DNA from: Bryobacterales bacterium
GTDB lineage: Bacteria > Acidobacteriota > Terriglobia > Bryobacterales > UBA6623
Assembly (NCBI GenBank): GCA_965248305.1
Contig: OZ252099.1
Location: forward strand, 6,331,658-6,395,657
Direction of reading: 5' to 3'
Length of the DNA stretch: 64,000 bases
Both the position numbers and the translations under genes were made by a program. The notes beneath the pieces were generated by a model. It was not told the DNA's origin, ran no database searches, and saw only the letters and a list, made by a program, of their open reading frames with translations. Shown in pieces: positions 54,504 to 64,000 of this stretch; positions within the stretch are counted from its first letter, which is position 1; each line of letters opens with the position of its first letter.

Positions 54504-57257
54504 ATGGAATTCGCACTTCAATACAAGCTTCCCCTCATCCTGTTGCTGGGGCTCGCGTGCTCGGCTTGCCTGCAGACGGCTCCGGTCAAGGCCCCGCTCG
54601 ACATTCAATTTACGAAGTTCGTGCTCGACAACGGCTTGACGCTGCTCGTCCACGAAGATCGCAAGGCCCCGATCGTGTCGGTCAACGTCTGGTATCACGT
54701 CGGCTCGAAGAACGAGAAGCCCGGCAAGACCGGCTTCGCGCACCTGTTCGAGCATCTGATGTTCAACGGCTCGGAGAACTTCAACGACGACTACTTCCAA
54801 GCCTTGGAGCGGGTCGGCGCGACGAATCTCAACGGCACGACCAACGAAGACCGCACCAATTATTTCCAGGACGTGCCCAAGCCGGCGCTTGACCTTGTTT
54901 TGTGGATGGAGTCTGATCGCATGGGCCACATGCTTGGCGCCGTGGACCAGGCCAAGCTGGACGAGCAGCGCGGAGTCGTGCAGAACGAGAAGCGCCAGGG
55001 CGAAAACCAGCCGTATCGGATTGCCTATGAACTGATCACCAAGAACACGTTTCCACAGGGCCACCCGTATTCTTGGACGGTCATCGGAGAAATGGAGGAC
55101 TTGGACGCCGCCTCCCTAGAGGATGTGCATGAGTGGTTCCGCACGTACTACGGCGCCGCCAATGCCGTCATCTCGATCGCGGGCGACATTTCGGCCGAAG
55201 AGGCCCGCGAAAAGGTCGCGCAGTACTTCGGCAGCATCCCCGGCGGCCCGCCCGTCGCCAGGCAGCAGTCTTGGATCGCCCGGCGTACCGGCGAGCATCG
55301 CCAGACGGTCCAGGATCGCGTGCCGCAGGCCCGCGTGATGAAGGTGTGGAACGTGCCCGAATGGGGCACTCGCGAGGCCGTCATGCTGGATCTGGCGACC
55401 GATGTCCTAGCGGCCGGCAAAAGCTCGAGACTCTTCAAGCGCTTGGTCTACGAGGATCAGATCGCCACCAGCGCGAGCGCCTACATCGCTGCCCAGGAGA
55501 TCGCGGGCCAAGTCGTCCTGCAAGGCACGGCCCAGCCGAACGGAGACCTCGCCGCCGTGGAATCCGCGCTGGACGAAGAACTGGCAGCGTTCCTGCAGTC
55601 CGGTCCGACAGCAGACGAACTCGAGCGGGTCAAGATGGGCCGCAAGGCGCGCTTCATCCGCGGTGCCGAGCGGATCGGCGGCTTTGGCGGCAAGTCGGAC
55701 ATCCTCGCTCGGAATGAGGTTTACACGGGGAACCCCGCCCATTACCAGCAGATGCTCGCGTGGGCCGAGCAAGCGACGGCCGAAGACATCCGCAGCGTGG
55801 CTGCCGAGTACCTTTCGGACGGCGCCTATGTGCTCGAGATCCATCCTGCTCCCGAGCGCAGCGTGACCGAGAGCAAGGTGGACCGCTCCGAGCTGCCCAA
55901 GTCCGACGGCTTTGCCGAGTTTTCGTTTCCGGACACGAGCGAGACCGAGCTGTCCAACGGGCTGAAGGTGGTGCATGCCACTGTGCAGTCGATTCCGACT
56001 GTTGAACTTGCGCTGCTCTTCAAGGCCGGCTTTGCGGCCGACCAAGGCGGCACGCAAGGCCTTGCCGGCATGACCGCCGAGATGCTGGAAGAAGGCACCG
56101 AGAACCTCTCCTCACTGGAGATCAGCGACGTGGCCGAGCGCTTGGGGGCGCGCGTCTCGGCGTCGGCGTCGCTGGACACCGCCAGGGTGTCGCTGTCGGC
56201 TCTCTCAGAAAACCTCGCGGAATCGCTCGACCTATTCGCCGATGTCGTGCTGCGTCCCTCGTTTCCGGAGCAGGAGCTGGACCGCCTGAAGCGGCTCCAA
56301 GTGGCTGGCATCCAGCAGGAGATGGCGCAGCCCTTCACCGTCGGCCTGCGACTGCTGCCGCAGCTGATCTACGGGGACGGCCACGCCTATGCCGCCCCGC
56401 TGACGGGAAGCGGCACCGTCGAATCGGTCACGGCGCTAAGCCGGGACGACGTGGTGGCGTTCCACCGCGCATGGTACCGGCCTGACAGCGCCACGCTGGT
56501 CGTGGTTGGGGACCTGCCGATGGACGAGCTCAAGCCGATGCTGGAGGAGCGCTTCGGGGGCTGGGAGGCTGAGGGCGAGTTGCCGCAGCTGAACTTCGAA
56601 ACCCCGGCCATGGCGGACAGCCGCGCCGTATATGTGGTGGACAAGCCCGGCGCGCTGCAGTCTGTGATCATCGCTGGATTGCCCGCGCCTCCGACCAACA
56701 ACCCCGACGAGATCGCGATCGAGGCCATGAACTCAATTCTCGGCGGAAGCTTCACCTCGCGGATCAACATGAATCTGCGCGAGGACAAGCATTGGAGCTA
56801 TGGCGCCAGGAGCACGCTGATCGATGCCGTAGGTCCGCGCGTGTTCATGGCATACGCCCCCGTGCAGACCGACAAGACCAAGGAATCGATGATCGAGCTG
56901 GATCGCGAGCTGCGCGGCATTCTAGGCCCGCGCCCGCCGGAAGCCGACGAGCTGGCGAAGGCGCAGCAGAACCGGACCTTGAGGCTGCCCGGACAGTACG
57001 AGACCAAGCGCGCCGTGCTAGGGGCGCTGGTCAAGATCCTGGTGCACGACTTACCGGAGGACTACTTCGAGACCTACGCGGGCCGCGTGCGTTCGCTGGC
57101 GCTGGCTGAGATCCGCGGCGCGGCCGCGCGAATCGTGCATCCCGACCGCATGGTCTGGATTGTGGTCGGCGACCTCTCGGAGATCGAGGCCGGTGTGCGC
57201 GAGCTGGGTTTTGGCGAGGTGCGCCGCCTCAGCCCGGAAGGCGAGATCCTCGAGTGA
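54504..57257 (+). CDS. M16-family (pitrilysin/insulinase-type) zinc peptidase, double-length, lipoprotein-type leader
   Basis: ATG at 54504 after GAGGA. The leader ..LLLGLACSAC is lipobox-like. HxxEH zinc motif in GFAHLFEHLMFNGS. Two tandem M16 active and inactive domain pairs. Confidence 0.9.
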   Translation: MEFALQYKLPLILLLGLACSACLQTAPVKAPLDIQFTKFVLDNGLTLLVHEDRKAPIVSVNVWYHVGSKNEKPGKTGFAHLFEHLMFNGSENFNDDYFQALERVGATNLNGTTNEDRTNYFQDVPKPALDLVLWMESDRMGHMLGAVDQAKLDEQRGVVQNEKRQGENQPYRIAYELITKNTFPQGHPYSWTVIGEMEDLDAASLEDVHEWFRTYYGAANAVISIAGDISAEEAREKVAQYFGSIPGGPPVARQQSWIARRTGEHRQTVQDRVPQARVMKVWNVPEWGTREAVMLDLATDVLAAGKSSRLFKRLVYEDQIATSASAYIAAQEIAGQVVLQGTAQPNGDLAAVESALDEELAAFLQSGPTADELERVKMGRKARFIRGAERIGGFGGKSDILARNEVYTGNPAHYQQMLAWAEQATAEDIRSVAAEYLSDGAYVLEIHPAPERSVTESKVDRSELPKSDGFAEFSFPDTSETELSNGLKVVHATVQSIPTVELALLFKAGFAADQGGTQGLAGMTAEMLEEGTENLSSLEISDVAERLGARVSASASLDTARVSLSALSENLAESLDLFADVVLRPSFPEQELDRLKRLQVAGIQQEMAQPFTVGLRLLPQLIYGDGHAYAAPLTGSGTVESVTALSRDDVVAFHRAWYRPDSATLVVVGDLPMDELKPMLEERFGGWEAEGELPQLNFETPAMADSRAVYVVDKPGALQSVIIAGLPAPPTNNPDEIAIEAMNSILGGSFTSRINMNLREDKHWSYGARSTLIDAVGPRVFMAYAPVQTDKTKESMIELDRELRGILGPRPPEADELAKAQQNRTLRLPGQYETKRAVLGALVKILVHDLPEDYFETYAGRVRSLALAEIRGAAARIVHPDRMVWIVVGDLSEIEAGVRELGFGEVRRLSPEGEILE

Positions 57258-57260
57258 GGC

Positions 57261-57854
57261 TCATTTCCCGTCCGCAGCGGAGTTGAGTTTTTGCAGATCG
57301 GTCGTGGCCACGTTCATCAAGGGCAGGCCAAGGCCGCTGCCAATCTCTGACAGCGCTTCGAAATCGACGGGTCCCAGAATCTTGAGGACGGTCACTTCGT
57401 CCGGATCGCTGGACACCACTGTCATGCCGGCGACCTTCTCGTTCTTGTAGTAGGAGTAGACCGAGAGCGATTCCGGCGTTCGGCGATCAGCGGTCTCGAT
57501 CAGCTGCACCCAGCCGTCATCGGCGAGTTGTTGGTGGACGGGCTTGACGTCGTCCTCGCTGGCGCTGCCGCGACGGAAGCGATACGTGCGCCGGTAGACG
57601 GCCGTGAGACCGTTCATGAAGGTGCGCACCGATCCGGTCACGTTCTTGCGTAAGCCCAGCAGCCTCTTGGCTTGCTCGAGCGGACGGCCCCACAGGTTGA
57701 CCTTGACGACCTCGTCCGCCTTCTCCTCCAGATTGGAGAACTCGAGGGCGGTATCGCCCGACGCGTCCTGCGCCCGGATCGTCGCAGGGTTGCCGACGAA
57801 GAGCAATGCGAGCAGGACTCCGGCCGGGATCTTGAGAAATACAGTCTTAGTCAT
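57261..57854 (-). CDS. DUF4252-domain exported protein
   Basis: Signal peptide MTKTVFLKIPAGVLLALLFVG.., ..EVVKVNLWGRPLEQAKRLLGL.., and its position downstream of an anti-sigma/ECF-sigma pair, as is usual for DUF4252. Confidence 0.8.
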   Translation of the reverse strand: MTKTVFLKIPAGVLLALLFVGNPATIRAQDASGDTALEFSNLEEKADEVVKVNLWGRPLEQAKRLLGLRKNVTGSVRTFMNGLTAVYRRTYRFRRGSASEDDVKPVHQQLADDGWVQLIETADRRTPESLSVYSYYKNEKVAGMTVVSSDPDEVTVLKILGPVDFEALSEIGSGLGLPLMNVATTDLQKLNSAADGK

Positions 57855-57864
57855 GATTTTCGTC

Positions 57865-58218
57865 CTATTCCGACCCGAATGCCGCTTCCTGTGCGCGCAC
57901 CCACTTGCTGCCCGCTAGGTGCAGTACTTCGGCAAGCTCCCGCTCGGCTTCTTGCATGGCGATCGCTTCCGCTTTCAAACCCTGTGTCTCATCGGGCGCG
58001 ACGAGCACGACGAGCAACACGCCGGCGCAAGCGCAGCCCGCCAGTGCCCACGCCAGCCGGAAGGAGCGCCTCGGTGCGGAGCGAAGCCGAGCAGGCCGGT
58101 CGGCCTCTCGGTGGATCTGGGCCATGACCCTGGCGCCAAACCCACTCGGTGGGGCTGACCGTACCAACGTCCGGCGCAGTTGGGACTCAAGGCGGCTGTT
58201 ATCGTCCCGTCGGGGCAT
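57865..58218 (-). CDS. Putative single-pass anti-sigma factor
   Basis: 117 aa with one TM helix (LAWALAGCACAGVLLVVLVA). 20-nt overlap with the upstream ECF sigma gene. Confidence 0.55.
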   Translation of the reverse strand: MPRRDDNSRLESQLRRTLVRSAPPSGFGARVMAQIHREADRPARLRSAPRRSFRLAWALAGCACAGVLLVVLVAPDETQGLKAEAIAMQEAERELAEVLHLAGSKWVRAQEAAFGSE

Positions 58219-58753
58219 AGGAAATCACCTGTCTCAAGTGGGCGACTTTGGGCCGGAGTCGAATCAGCGCGCGTCGCAGCAGTGTCTTCACGGTGTTGAC
58301 TGGGATGTTCAGCGTTTCGGCGATCTCGCCGAGCTTCAAGTCCTCTTGGAATCTCAGGATGACGACCATTCTCATCTTGGCCGGCAGGTCGGCGAGCTGG
58401 CGCTCCAGTTCCTCGGATAGCCTCGGGTCGGGCTCGACAGGCGCGACCTGTGGTTCCGGCACAGAGTCCAGATCGAAGTGCGGACGGTGCTTTTTGCGGC
58501 GCGAGTAATCGATGCATTTCCGCGTCGTGGTCTGCCGCAGCCAATTCACCATGTGCATATCCGAGTCCAGCTTGTGCAGATTGCGGAAGAGTTCCAAGTA
58601 CGCTTCTTGAGCCAGGTCTTCGGCGAGCTGGCGATTCGCGAAAAACCCGAAAGCCACACCGTAGACCATAGGCTGCGTGCGATCGACGATCGCCGCGAAC
58701 GCCTCCGGAGCGGAGCGCGCCGCATTCAGCAGCCTGCGTGGGTCTGTCTCCAT
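58199..58753 (-). CDS. ECF-type RNA polymerase sigma-70 family factor
   Basis: Region 2 ..DLAQEAYLELFRNL.. and region 4 ..LPAKMRMVVILRFQEDLKLGEIAETLNIPVNTVKTLLRRAL.. Confidence 0.9.
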   Translation of the reverse strand: METDPRRLLNAARSAPEAFAAIVDRTQPMVYGVAFGFFANRQLAEDLAQEAYLELFRNLHKLDSDMHMVNWLRQTTTRKCIDYSRRKKHRPHFDLDSVPEPQVAPVEPDPRLSEELERQLADLPAKMRMVVILRFQEDLKLGEIAETLNIPVNTVKTLLRRALIRLRPKVAHLRQVISYAPTGR

Positions 58754-58810
58754 CCGTTTCTCAGCGGGCAGCGCAATCGGGCCGTTGGGCCAGTTCCCTT
58801 CAGTTCATCC

Positions 58811-58837
58811 TACGCCTGCCCGGGCGTTATAGGTTCA
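58811..58837 (-). promoter_or_regulatory. Candidate ECF-type autoregulated promoter
   Basis: The minus strand reads TGAACC-17 nt-CGTA (AAC/CGT-type ECF promoter pattern), about 55 nt upstream of the sigma-factor ATG. A second GGAACT candidate lies nearer the start. Confidence 0.35.
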
Positions 58838-58968
58838 GCCCGGCCCACAAAGCGGCTCGGAAGTTTCGCCGCGACGACCCTTGCCCGGCTGCCAGCACAC
58901 ACTGGCGAGCCAGCCCATACGCCACTGCCCCGAGGGTGCGAGTTTGCGCAGGCGAGAAGCCTATGACC

Positions 58969-60201
58969 TCAATCGCTCGGCCAAGCCGGGCCCTGCTGCT
59001 TCTCAGTGACCGGCGCCAAGCCCTTGTACAGGAACCTCTGGACGCGCTGTCCCCGATAGGTCTCGGTCGTGTAGAGGTTGCCCTTGGAGTCAGTCGCCAC
59101 GCTATGCACGGCATAGAACTGGCCCGGCTGCCGCCCGCCATCGCCGAAGCTTGTCAGCATTTCCAGCGACTCACGCTCAAGAATGTGAATCCGCTGGTTG
59201 GCGCCGTCCGCGACGTACAGGTATTTCTGCCCCGGATCGCGCGACAGCGCAACGTCGAAAGTCGACCCGTCTCCCAGCGTGGCCGGCTCGACCCAAGTCT
59301 CCTTCACAAACTCCCCCGCTGTAGTGAAGACCTGGATGCGGTCATTCGTGCGGTCGCAGACGTAGACCATGCCATCGTCGGACAGCGCGACCGCGTGCAC
59401 CGGCGTGCGGAACTGGTCAGGCTTGTCGCCGGGCGTGTAGGCGGGCAGTTGTGTGTCGTCGGGCTCGTTGCCGTAGGCGCCCCAATGGCGCTTGTACTCG
59501 CCGGTGTCGGCATCAAGGACGATCACTCGCCGGTTTCCGTAGCCGTCGGCGATGTAGAGTTCGTTCGTGTTCGCGTCGACCAGCGTCTTGGCAGGCATCT
59601 TGAAGTTCTTCAGGTCATTGCTGCCCTCGCCCATGAACGGCTTGCCGACCTGCATCAAGAATTCGCCGGTGCGGGTGAATTTCAGCACCATGCTGTCGTG
59701 GACCCGTCCCTTGCCCATGGCGTCCTCGTGGTGCGGTAGCGCCGCTGCCGCCCTGGACGCGCCGCGGCCGTTGCCGCCGATCCAAACATTGCCCTTGTGA
59801 TCGACGTCAACACCGTGATTGGAGGCCGGCCAGTCGAAGCCCTCGCCTGCCCCGCCCCAGTGCTCTATCAGCTCGCCCGCTTGGTTGAATGCCAGCACTG
59901 GCGGTGCCGCGTAGCAGCAGTACGATGCCGGTGGGTCCCAGGTCGCGTAGAGTTCCTTTTCCTCAAGAGAGCTGCCACGATGCACGATCCAGACGTTGTC
60001 TTGGTCGTCCACGTCCACGCCGATGACCGTTCCCAGCAGCCAGTGATTCGGCAGCGGCTTGGGCCAGAGCGGATCGACCTCGAAGCGGGGCGCCATGGGC
60101 CCCTCGGCGTCTGCCATCGGTTCCCCGGATGGAGTGGAACACGCCATCAGCAGGGCAATCAGTGCAATGGCGGCAAGCGTGGTTCGAGGTGAAATCTTCA
60201 T
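58969..60201 (-). CDS. Secreted NHL-repeat six-bladed beta-propeller (PAL-like) protein
   Basis: Signal peptide plus lipobox-like ..LLMACS. Repeats ..LYIADGYGNRRVIVLD.., ..VYVCDRTNDRIQVF.., ..LYVADGANQRIHIL.., ..LYTTETYRGQRVQRF.. Confidence 0.75.
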   Translation of the reverse strand: MKISPRTTLAAIALIALLMACSTPSGEPMADAEGPMAPRFEVDPLWPKPLPNHWLLGTVIGVDVDDQDNVWIVHRGSSLEEKELYATWDPPASYCCYAAPPVLAFNQAGELIEHWGGAGEGFDWPASNHGVDVDHKGNVWIGGNGRGASRAAAALPHHEDAMGKGRVHDSMVLKFTRTGEFLMQVGKPFMGEGSNDLKNFKMPAKTLVDANTNELYIADGYGNRRVIVLDADTGEYKRHWGAYGNEPDDTQLPAYTPGDKPDQFRTPVHAVALSDDGMVYVCDRTNDRIQVFTTAGEFVKETWVEPATLGDGSTFDVALSRDPGQKYLYVADGANQRIHILERESLEMLTSFGDGGRQPGQFYAVHSVATDSKGNLYTTETYRGQRVQRFLYKGLAPVTEKQQGPAWPSD

Positions 60202-60271
60202 GGTTGGGTAGTTCCGGCCCTTTCGGCCAAGGCCATCATACTTGCATATGTAAAGGTAGGCAAGCGGCTTC

Positions 60272-61552
60272 GTGCTTCGTTTCTGTGCATTCTTGCTGGG
60301 TTTAGGCCTCGTGTCGGCCGGGCCGGTGTCTTCGCATGAAATCCCGAATCAAGTCGTTGCCCGCATGCTCGCCAAGGCCGACGGCGAGCGCTTCCGCATT
60401 GTTGTGCGCGTTCCGCTGAATTCCATGCGGGACATCGAGGTCCCCGAGTTCGGGCCTGGATATCTCGACATTGCGGCGCTCGAGCCGCAGCTAACTCAGC
60501 TGGCGACGCAGTGGATCGTCCCGTTCGTGGGGATCTACGAAGGCGCAGACAGGCTGCCGCCGCCCAGGGCCGTCGCGACCCAGATCTCGCTACCCTCGGA
60601 CAGGTCCCTTGCGTCGTTCGAGCTCGCGCTCGAGCACTTGGCAGAGCCCAAGCCTGCGAATTCGGAGAACCTGGTTTGGGATCAGGTGCTGCTGGACGTC
60701 TTGCTGGAGTACCCGATCCGCTCCGAGCAGTCCGGGTTTTCGATTCGCCCCGGTCTGGATCACCTGGCGGAACGAGTGGTGACCGCTCTCCAGTTCCAAT
60801 TGCCTGGCGGCAGTGCGCGGGCATATCAGTTCTCGGGCGATCCCGGACGCGTCCCCTTGGATCCGAGCTGGCTGCAGGCAGCTTGGCGGTTCGTCCAGCT
60901 TGGCTTCATCCATATTCTGGACGGCCCCGATCACTTGCTGTTCGTGCTGTGCCTGGTGGTTCCGCTGCGGCGCTTCAAGCCGCTGGTGCTGATCGTCTCG
61001 GCATTCACCATCGCGCATTCGATCACGCTCATCGCCAGCGCCTTGGGCTTCGCTCCGGACGCGCTTTGGTTTCCGCCGCTGGTCGAGGTGCTGATCGCAG
61101 TTTCGATCGTGTACATGGCGCTGGAGAATATCGTCGGCACGGCGCGCCACCGCTGGCTGGTGGCGCTTGGGTTCGGGCTGGTCCACGGGTTTGGCTTCTC
61201 GTTCGCGCTGCAAGAGACGCTGCAGTTTGCCGGCTCGCACTTGGTGACATCGCTGCTCGCCTTTAACGTCGGTGTGGAACTTGGGCAGCTCGCGGTGCTC
61301 GCCGTGCTAGTCCCAGCGTTGGGGGGCCTTTTCCGCTACGTGGTGGCCGAGCGGGTCGGCACGATCATCATCTCGGCCTTCGCCGCCCACGAAGCGTGGC
61401 ACTGGATGTTCGAGCGGGCGGAGGTGCTGGGACGATTCCAGACCAGCTGGGGCGGGGTACTGCCGGGGGCTGTGGCTTCGGCCGGCCTGATCGGTGCGGC
61501 GGTCGCAGGATTGCTCTCTTATCGTCACTGGCGAGCGCGGCAGGTCGGCTGA
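60272..61552 (+). CDS. HupE/UreJ-family membrane protein with N-terminal periplasmic domain
   Basis: Signal peptide, then the C-terminal half with ..HILDGPDHLLFVLCLVV.., ..FTIAHSITL.., ..GLVHGFGFS.. typical of HupE/UreJ. Confidence 0.8.
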   Translation: MLRFCAFLLGLGLVSAGPVSSHEIPNQVVARMLAKADGERFRIVVRVPLNSMRDIEVPEFGPGYLDIAALEPQLTQLATQWIVPFVGIYEGADRLPPPRAVATQISLPSDRSLASFELALEHLAEPKPANSENLVWDQVLLDVLLEYPIRSEQSGFSIRPGLDHLAERVVTALQFQLPGGSARAYQFSGDPGRVPLDPSWLQAAWRFVQLGFIHILDGPDHLLFVLCLVVPLRRFKPLVLIVSAFTIAHSITLIASALGFAPDALWFPPLVEVLIAVSIVYMALENIVGTARHRWLVALGFGLVHGFGFSFALQETLQFAGSHLVTSLLAFNVGVELGQLAVLAVLVPALGGLFRYVVAERVGTIIISAFAAHEAWHWMFERAEVLGRFQTSWGGVLPGAVASAGLIGAAVAGLLSYRHWRARQVG

Positions 61553-61904
61553 CGCTGGCTGGGCTCGCGCATGGACTCGGCTGAACCCCGCCCTGACGGT
61601 TGGCTCGAACGGCCCCGGTGGACTCGCATCAACCGCACAGTATCGTAGGGAGCGACTGATTTCGGCCAGTAGCGAAGTGCATTGGCTGATTGAAAACCGC
61701 GGACTCTAATTCGCCGTTTGCGGCTCCAGTGCCAGGAAGGCCCGACGAGGCGCGGCAAATCGACCGTCGCCGGAGCTTCCAGACCGCGGCGTGACGGAGC
61801 CGCGCGCATGTTCGGTGTCAACAGCAAGCGGCTACCATGAAGTCGGATCGGCTCGCGGTCAGGCGGTCCCTTCGACCGTGTCACGAAACCGGTAGAAGCG
61901 GCGT

Positions 61905-62480
61905 ATGGCGCGAGGAAGACCGAGGAAGCAACGAGAGCAGATCGTGGCGGCGGCGAGCGGCGACGCCACGACCGGTTATGAGGCCAAGCTGTAGGCGATG
62001 GCCGACGCGTTGCGCGGCACGATGGACGCCGCCGAGTACAAGCACGTCGTTCTCGGACTGATCTTCTTCAAGTACCTCTCCGACGCCATCGAGGAACGCG
62101 GCGAGGCCGTGCTCGCCGAGTGGCGCGAGGATGCCGCCGAGGATCGCGACGAATACGTCGCCGAGAACATCTTCTGGGTGGCAGCCGAGGCCCGCTGGAC
62201 GCATCTGCGGGAGCAGGCAAGGCAGCCGACTGTCGGGCTGACTGTCGATCAGGCGATGGCGGCCACCGAGCTCGATAATCCAGCGCTCAAGGACGTGCTC
62301 CCGCGGGACTACGCCCGGCAGGCACTCGACAAGCGGCGGCTCGCGAAGATGAACCTCGCCATCCGGGGCATCGAGGGCCAGATCGCCCACGGCGACAGAT
62401 TCCATTGCGACCGCCAACCCGACCTGAAGGTCCCCTTCATCCTCGCCAACCCACCGTTCAACGTCTCGGACTGGGGGGCA
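61905..62480 (+). pseudogene. hsdM: Decayed type I restriction-modification methyltransferase subunit
   Basis: [32 protein letters not shown](61992-61994)[31 protein letters not shown].. (HsdM_N). ..[17 protein letters not shown] then jumps directly to [30 protein letters not shown], so the AdoMet-binding core is deleted. Similarity ends after the NPPF motif. Confidence 0.75.
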
Positions 62481-62484
62481 ACGA

Positions 62485-64000
62485 GTGACGGTGTGGGACG
62501 AGGACATCCGGCAACGGCTCAGGCTGGGCGAAGACAGTCGGTGGGAGTTCAAGCAGGTCGAGTTCGCGGGTAGCCGCCCGACCAGTCCCGCCCGCGACGA
62601 TCTGGCGGACGAAATGATCGCGTTCGCCAACGCGAACGGCGGCGTGCTCCTGTTGGGCGTGGCGGATGACGGACTCCTTCAGGGGATGTCGCAGGAACAG
62701 ATGGCGGCGCTCAGCAACCTGGTGGTCGAAGTAAGCACCGACAGCATCGAACCCGCCCTGCGCATCGACCTCCACCATAGGGAACTTGATAGCAAGGCCT
62801 TCGTCGTGGTCGAGGTGCCCCAAGGTGACTCCCTGCACGAGCGCGGCGACCGAAGCTGGCTCCGGGTCGGTGCAAGCAAACGTCGAATGACCAGCGACGA
62901 GCGAATGCGCCTGGCGCACAGACGGGCGCAGGCCCGTTACCTCTGGTTCGACAGGCAGGCAGTTCCCAGCACCGGCTTCGAGACGCTCAGCGAGCGGCTA
63001 TGGGGGCCGCTGCTGAGCGTTGCTGGGGCCACCGATCCGATCCGCGGTCTGGCGAACATGCGCCTCCTGGTCCGCGATGAGGCTGACGTGCTCCGCGCCA
63101 CGGTCGCCGGAGTGCTCGTGTGTGCCAGGATGCCCCAGGAGTGGCTGCCGCATGCAGTCATGACGGCGACGCACTATCGGGGCGGAGATCGTGCCTCCGA
63201 ACAGCTCGACGCGCAGGAGATTGACGGTCCGCTCCAGAGTCAGATCGCCGATGGGATGAAGTTTGTCGCCAGAAACATGCGGGTGGCCGCCCGCAAGTCA
63301 CCGGCGCGCGAGAACATGCCGCAATACAGCACGGCCGCAGTCTTCGAGGCCCTCGTCAATGCCCTGGCGCACCGCGACTACTCGATGTCTTCGCGACGGA
63401 TCAGGCTTTCGATGTTCGCGGATCGGCTTGAGATCGATACACCTGGACAGCTCCCCAACGGGATGACGATCGAGAGCATGCATGACAGTCAGGCAACACG
63501 CAACGAAGTTATCGCTTCCGTCTTCGGGAGGATTCCGGTCGGCAGCGTGCCCGGGTCGGCGCATCGCGCGTTCCTGATGGAGCGCCGCGGTGATGGCGTC
63601 GCCATCATCCTCAAGGAGACGCAGGAGACGGCTGGCGTGCCGCCGAAGTACAGCCTGGTGGGCGAGTCGAGTCTGGTCCTGAGCATTCCTGCCGCCAAGC
63701 TCCATCTCACCCCGGCGGAGGCCACCATCGCGGTGCACTCGGCAGGAGAGCCGCTGCCTGGAATCGACGTTCTCGCGCTCTTTCCGAACAAGACATGGAG
63801 ACGGGGGAAGACGGACGAAGACGGTGAAGTAGCCTTCGACCTGCACAGCACGCATTTGCCGATGACCGTGTACGCCGCCGCGCCGGGTTACGTTGCGGGG
63901 CTTCAGCGCGAGTGGATTCCGCAGCAGGGCGGCCTTCTGCTTGCTCTTGACCGGCTGCCGACCGGCGGCTCGGCCATCTTCTCCCGGGAAACCGGGCATC
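62485..64000 (+). CDS. AlbA_2 (Schlafen-like) DNA-binding domain plus HATPase_c_4 ('RecG-like') protein with an extra beta-sandwich extension; 3' end outside the window
   Basis: My own translation from the GTG at 62485 gives 505 codons with no stop up to the window edge, so it is absent from the ORF track. ..[35 protein letters not shown].. (AlbA_2). ..[41 protein letters not shown].. (HATPase_c_4). ..[49 protein letters not shown].. (CarboxypepD_reg/PEGA-like). Confidence 0.8.
   Translation, partial: MTVWDEDIRQRLRLGEDSRWEFKQVEFAGSRPTSPARDDLADEMIAFANANGGVLLLGVADDGLLQGMSQEQMAALSNLVVEVSTDSIEPALRIDLHHRELDSKAFVVVEVPQGDSLHERGDRSWLRVGASKRRMTSDERMRLAHRRAQARYLWFDRQAVPSTGFETLSERLWGPLLSVAGATDPIRGLANMRLLVRDEADVLRATVAGVLVCARMPQEWLPHAVMTATHYRGGDRASEQLDAQEIDGPLQSQIADGMKFVARNMRVAARKSPARENMPQYSTAAVFEALVNALAHRDYSMSSRRIRLSMFADRLEIDTPGQLPNGMTIESMHDSQATRNEVIASVFGRIPVGSVPGSAHRAFLMERRGDGVAIILKETQETAGVPPKYSLVGESSLVLSIPAAKLHLTPAEATIAVHSAGEPLPGIDVLALFPNKTWRRGKTDEDGEVAFDLHSTHLPMTVYAAAPGYVAGLQREWIPQQGGLLLALDRLPTGGSAIFSRETGH

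Overview
High-GC window (roughly 60-65 % by eye), probably an Acidobacteriota-type chromosome. The clues are two giant CarboxypepD_reg-type TonB-dependent receptors, a CRTAC1/ASPIC-UnbV FG-GAP protein, a DUF4252/anti-sigma/ECF-sigma triad and PQQ-like propellers. About 45 genes look intact, mostly transport and metabolism: recD2, aroK, panB, panC, guaB, NCS2 and APC permeases, a sulfatase, a GH4/PfkB/PIG-L sugar cluster, an M16 peptidase and HupE/UreJ. I found no rRNA, tRNA or CRISPR array. Between the core genes lie patches of decayed mobile or defence DNA. (a) 5.2-10.6 kb holds a truncated NCS2 permease, an IS1595 element with an in-frame TAG, and IS630-like debris around a beta-helix gene. 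(b) 32.2-36.2 kb holds an integrase N-terminal remnant, translationally coupled small ORFs, two inverted fragments of one transposase family and an HsdR tail. (c) 37.7-39.0 kb holds a lower-GC two-gene cassette of unknown function between two permease genes. (d) 49.96-52.85 kb holds a serine-recombinase remnant, an HTH-RHH regulator with a near-consensus promoter that leaves no room for a leader, a DDE fragment and a markedly low-GC three-gene operon of unknown function. (e) 61.9-64.0 kb holds a decayed hsdM fused against an intact AlbA_2/HATPase_c_4 gene that runs off the window and is absent from the ORF track. The best candidates for an undescribed system are the three-gene operon at 51403-52801 and the two-gene cassette at 37748-38985. 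The coupled ORF pair at 32848-33617 and the AlbA_2 gene come next. All family names come from motif recognition by eye. No database or HMM search was possible, so they are hypotheses to verify.
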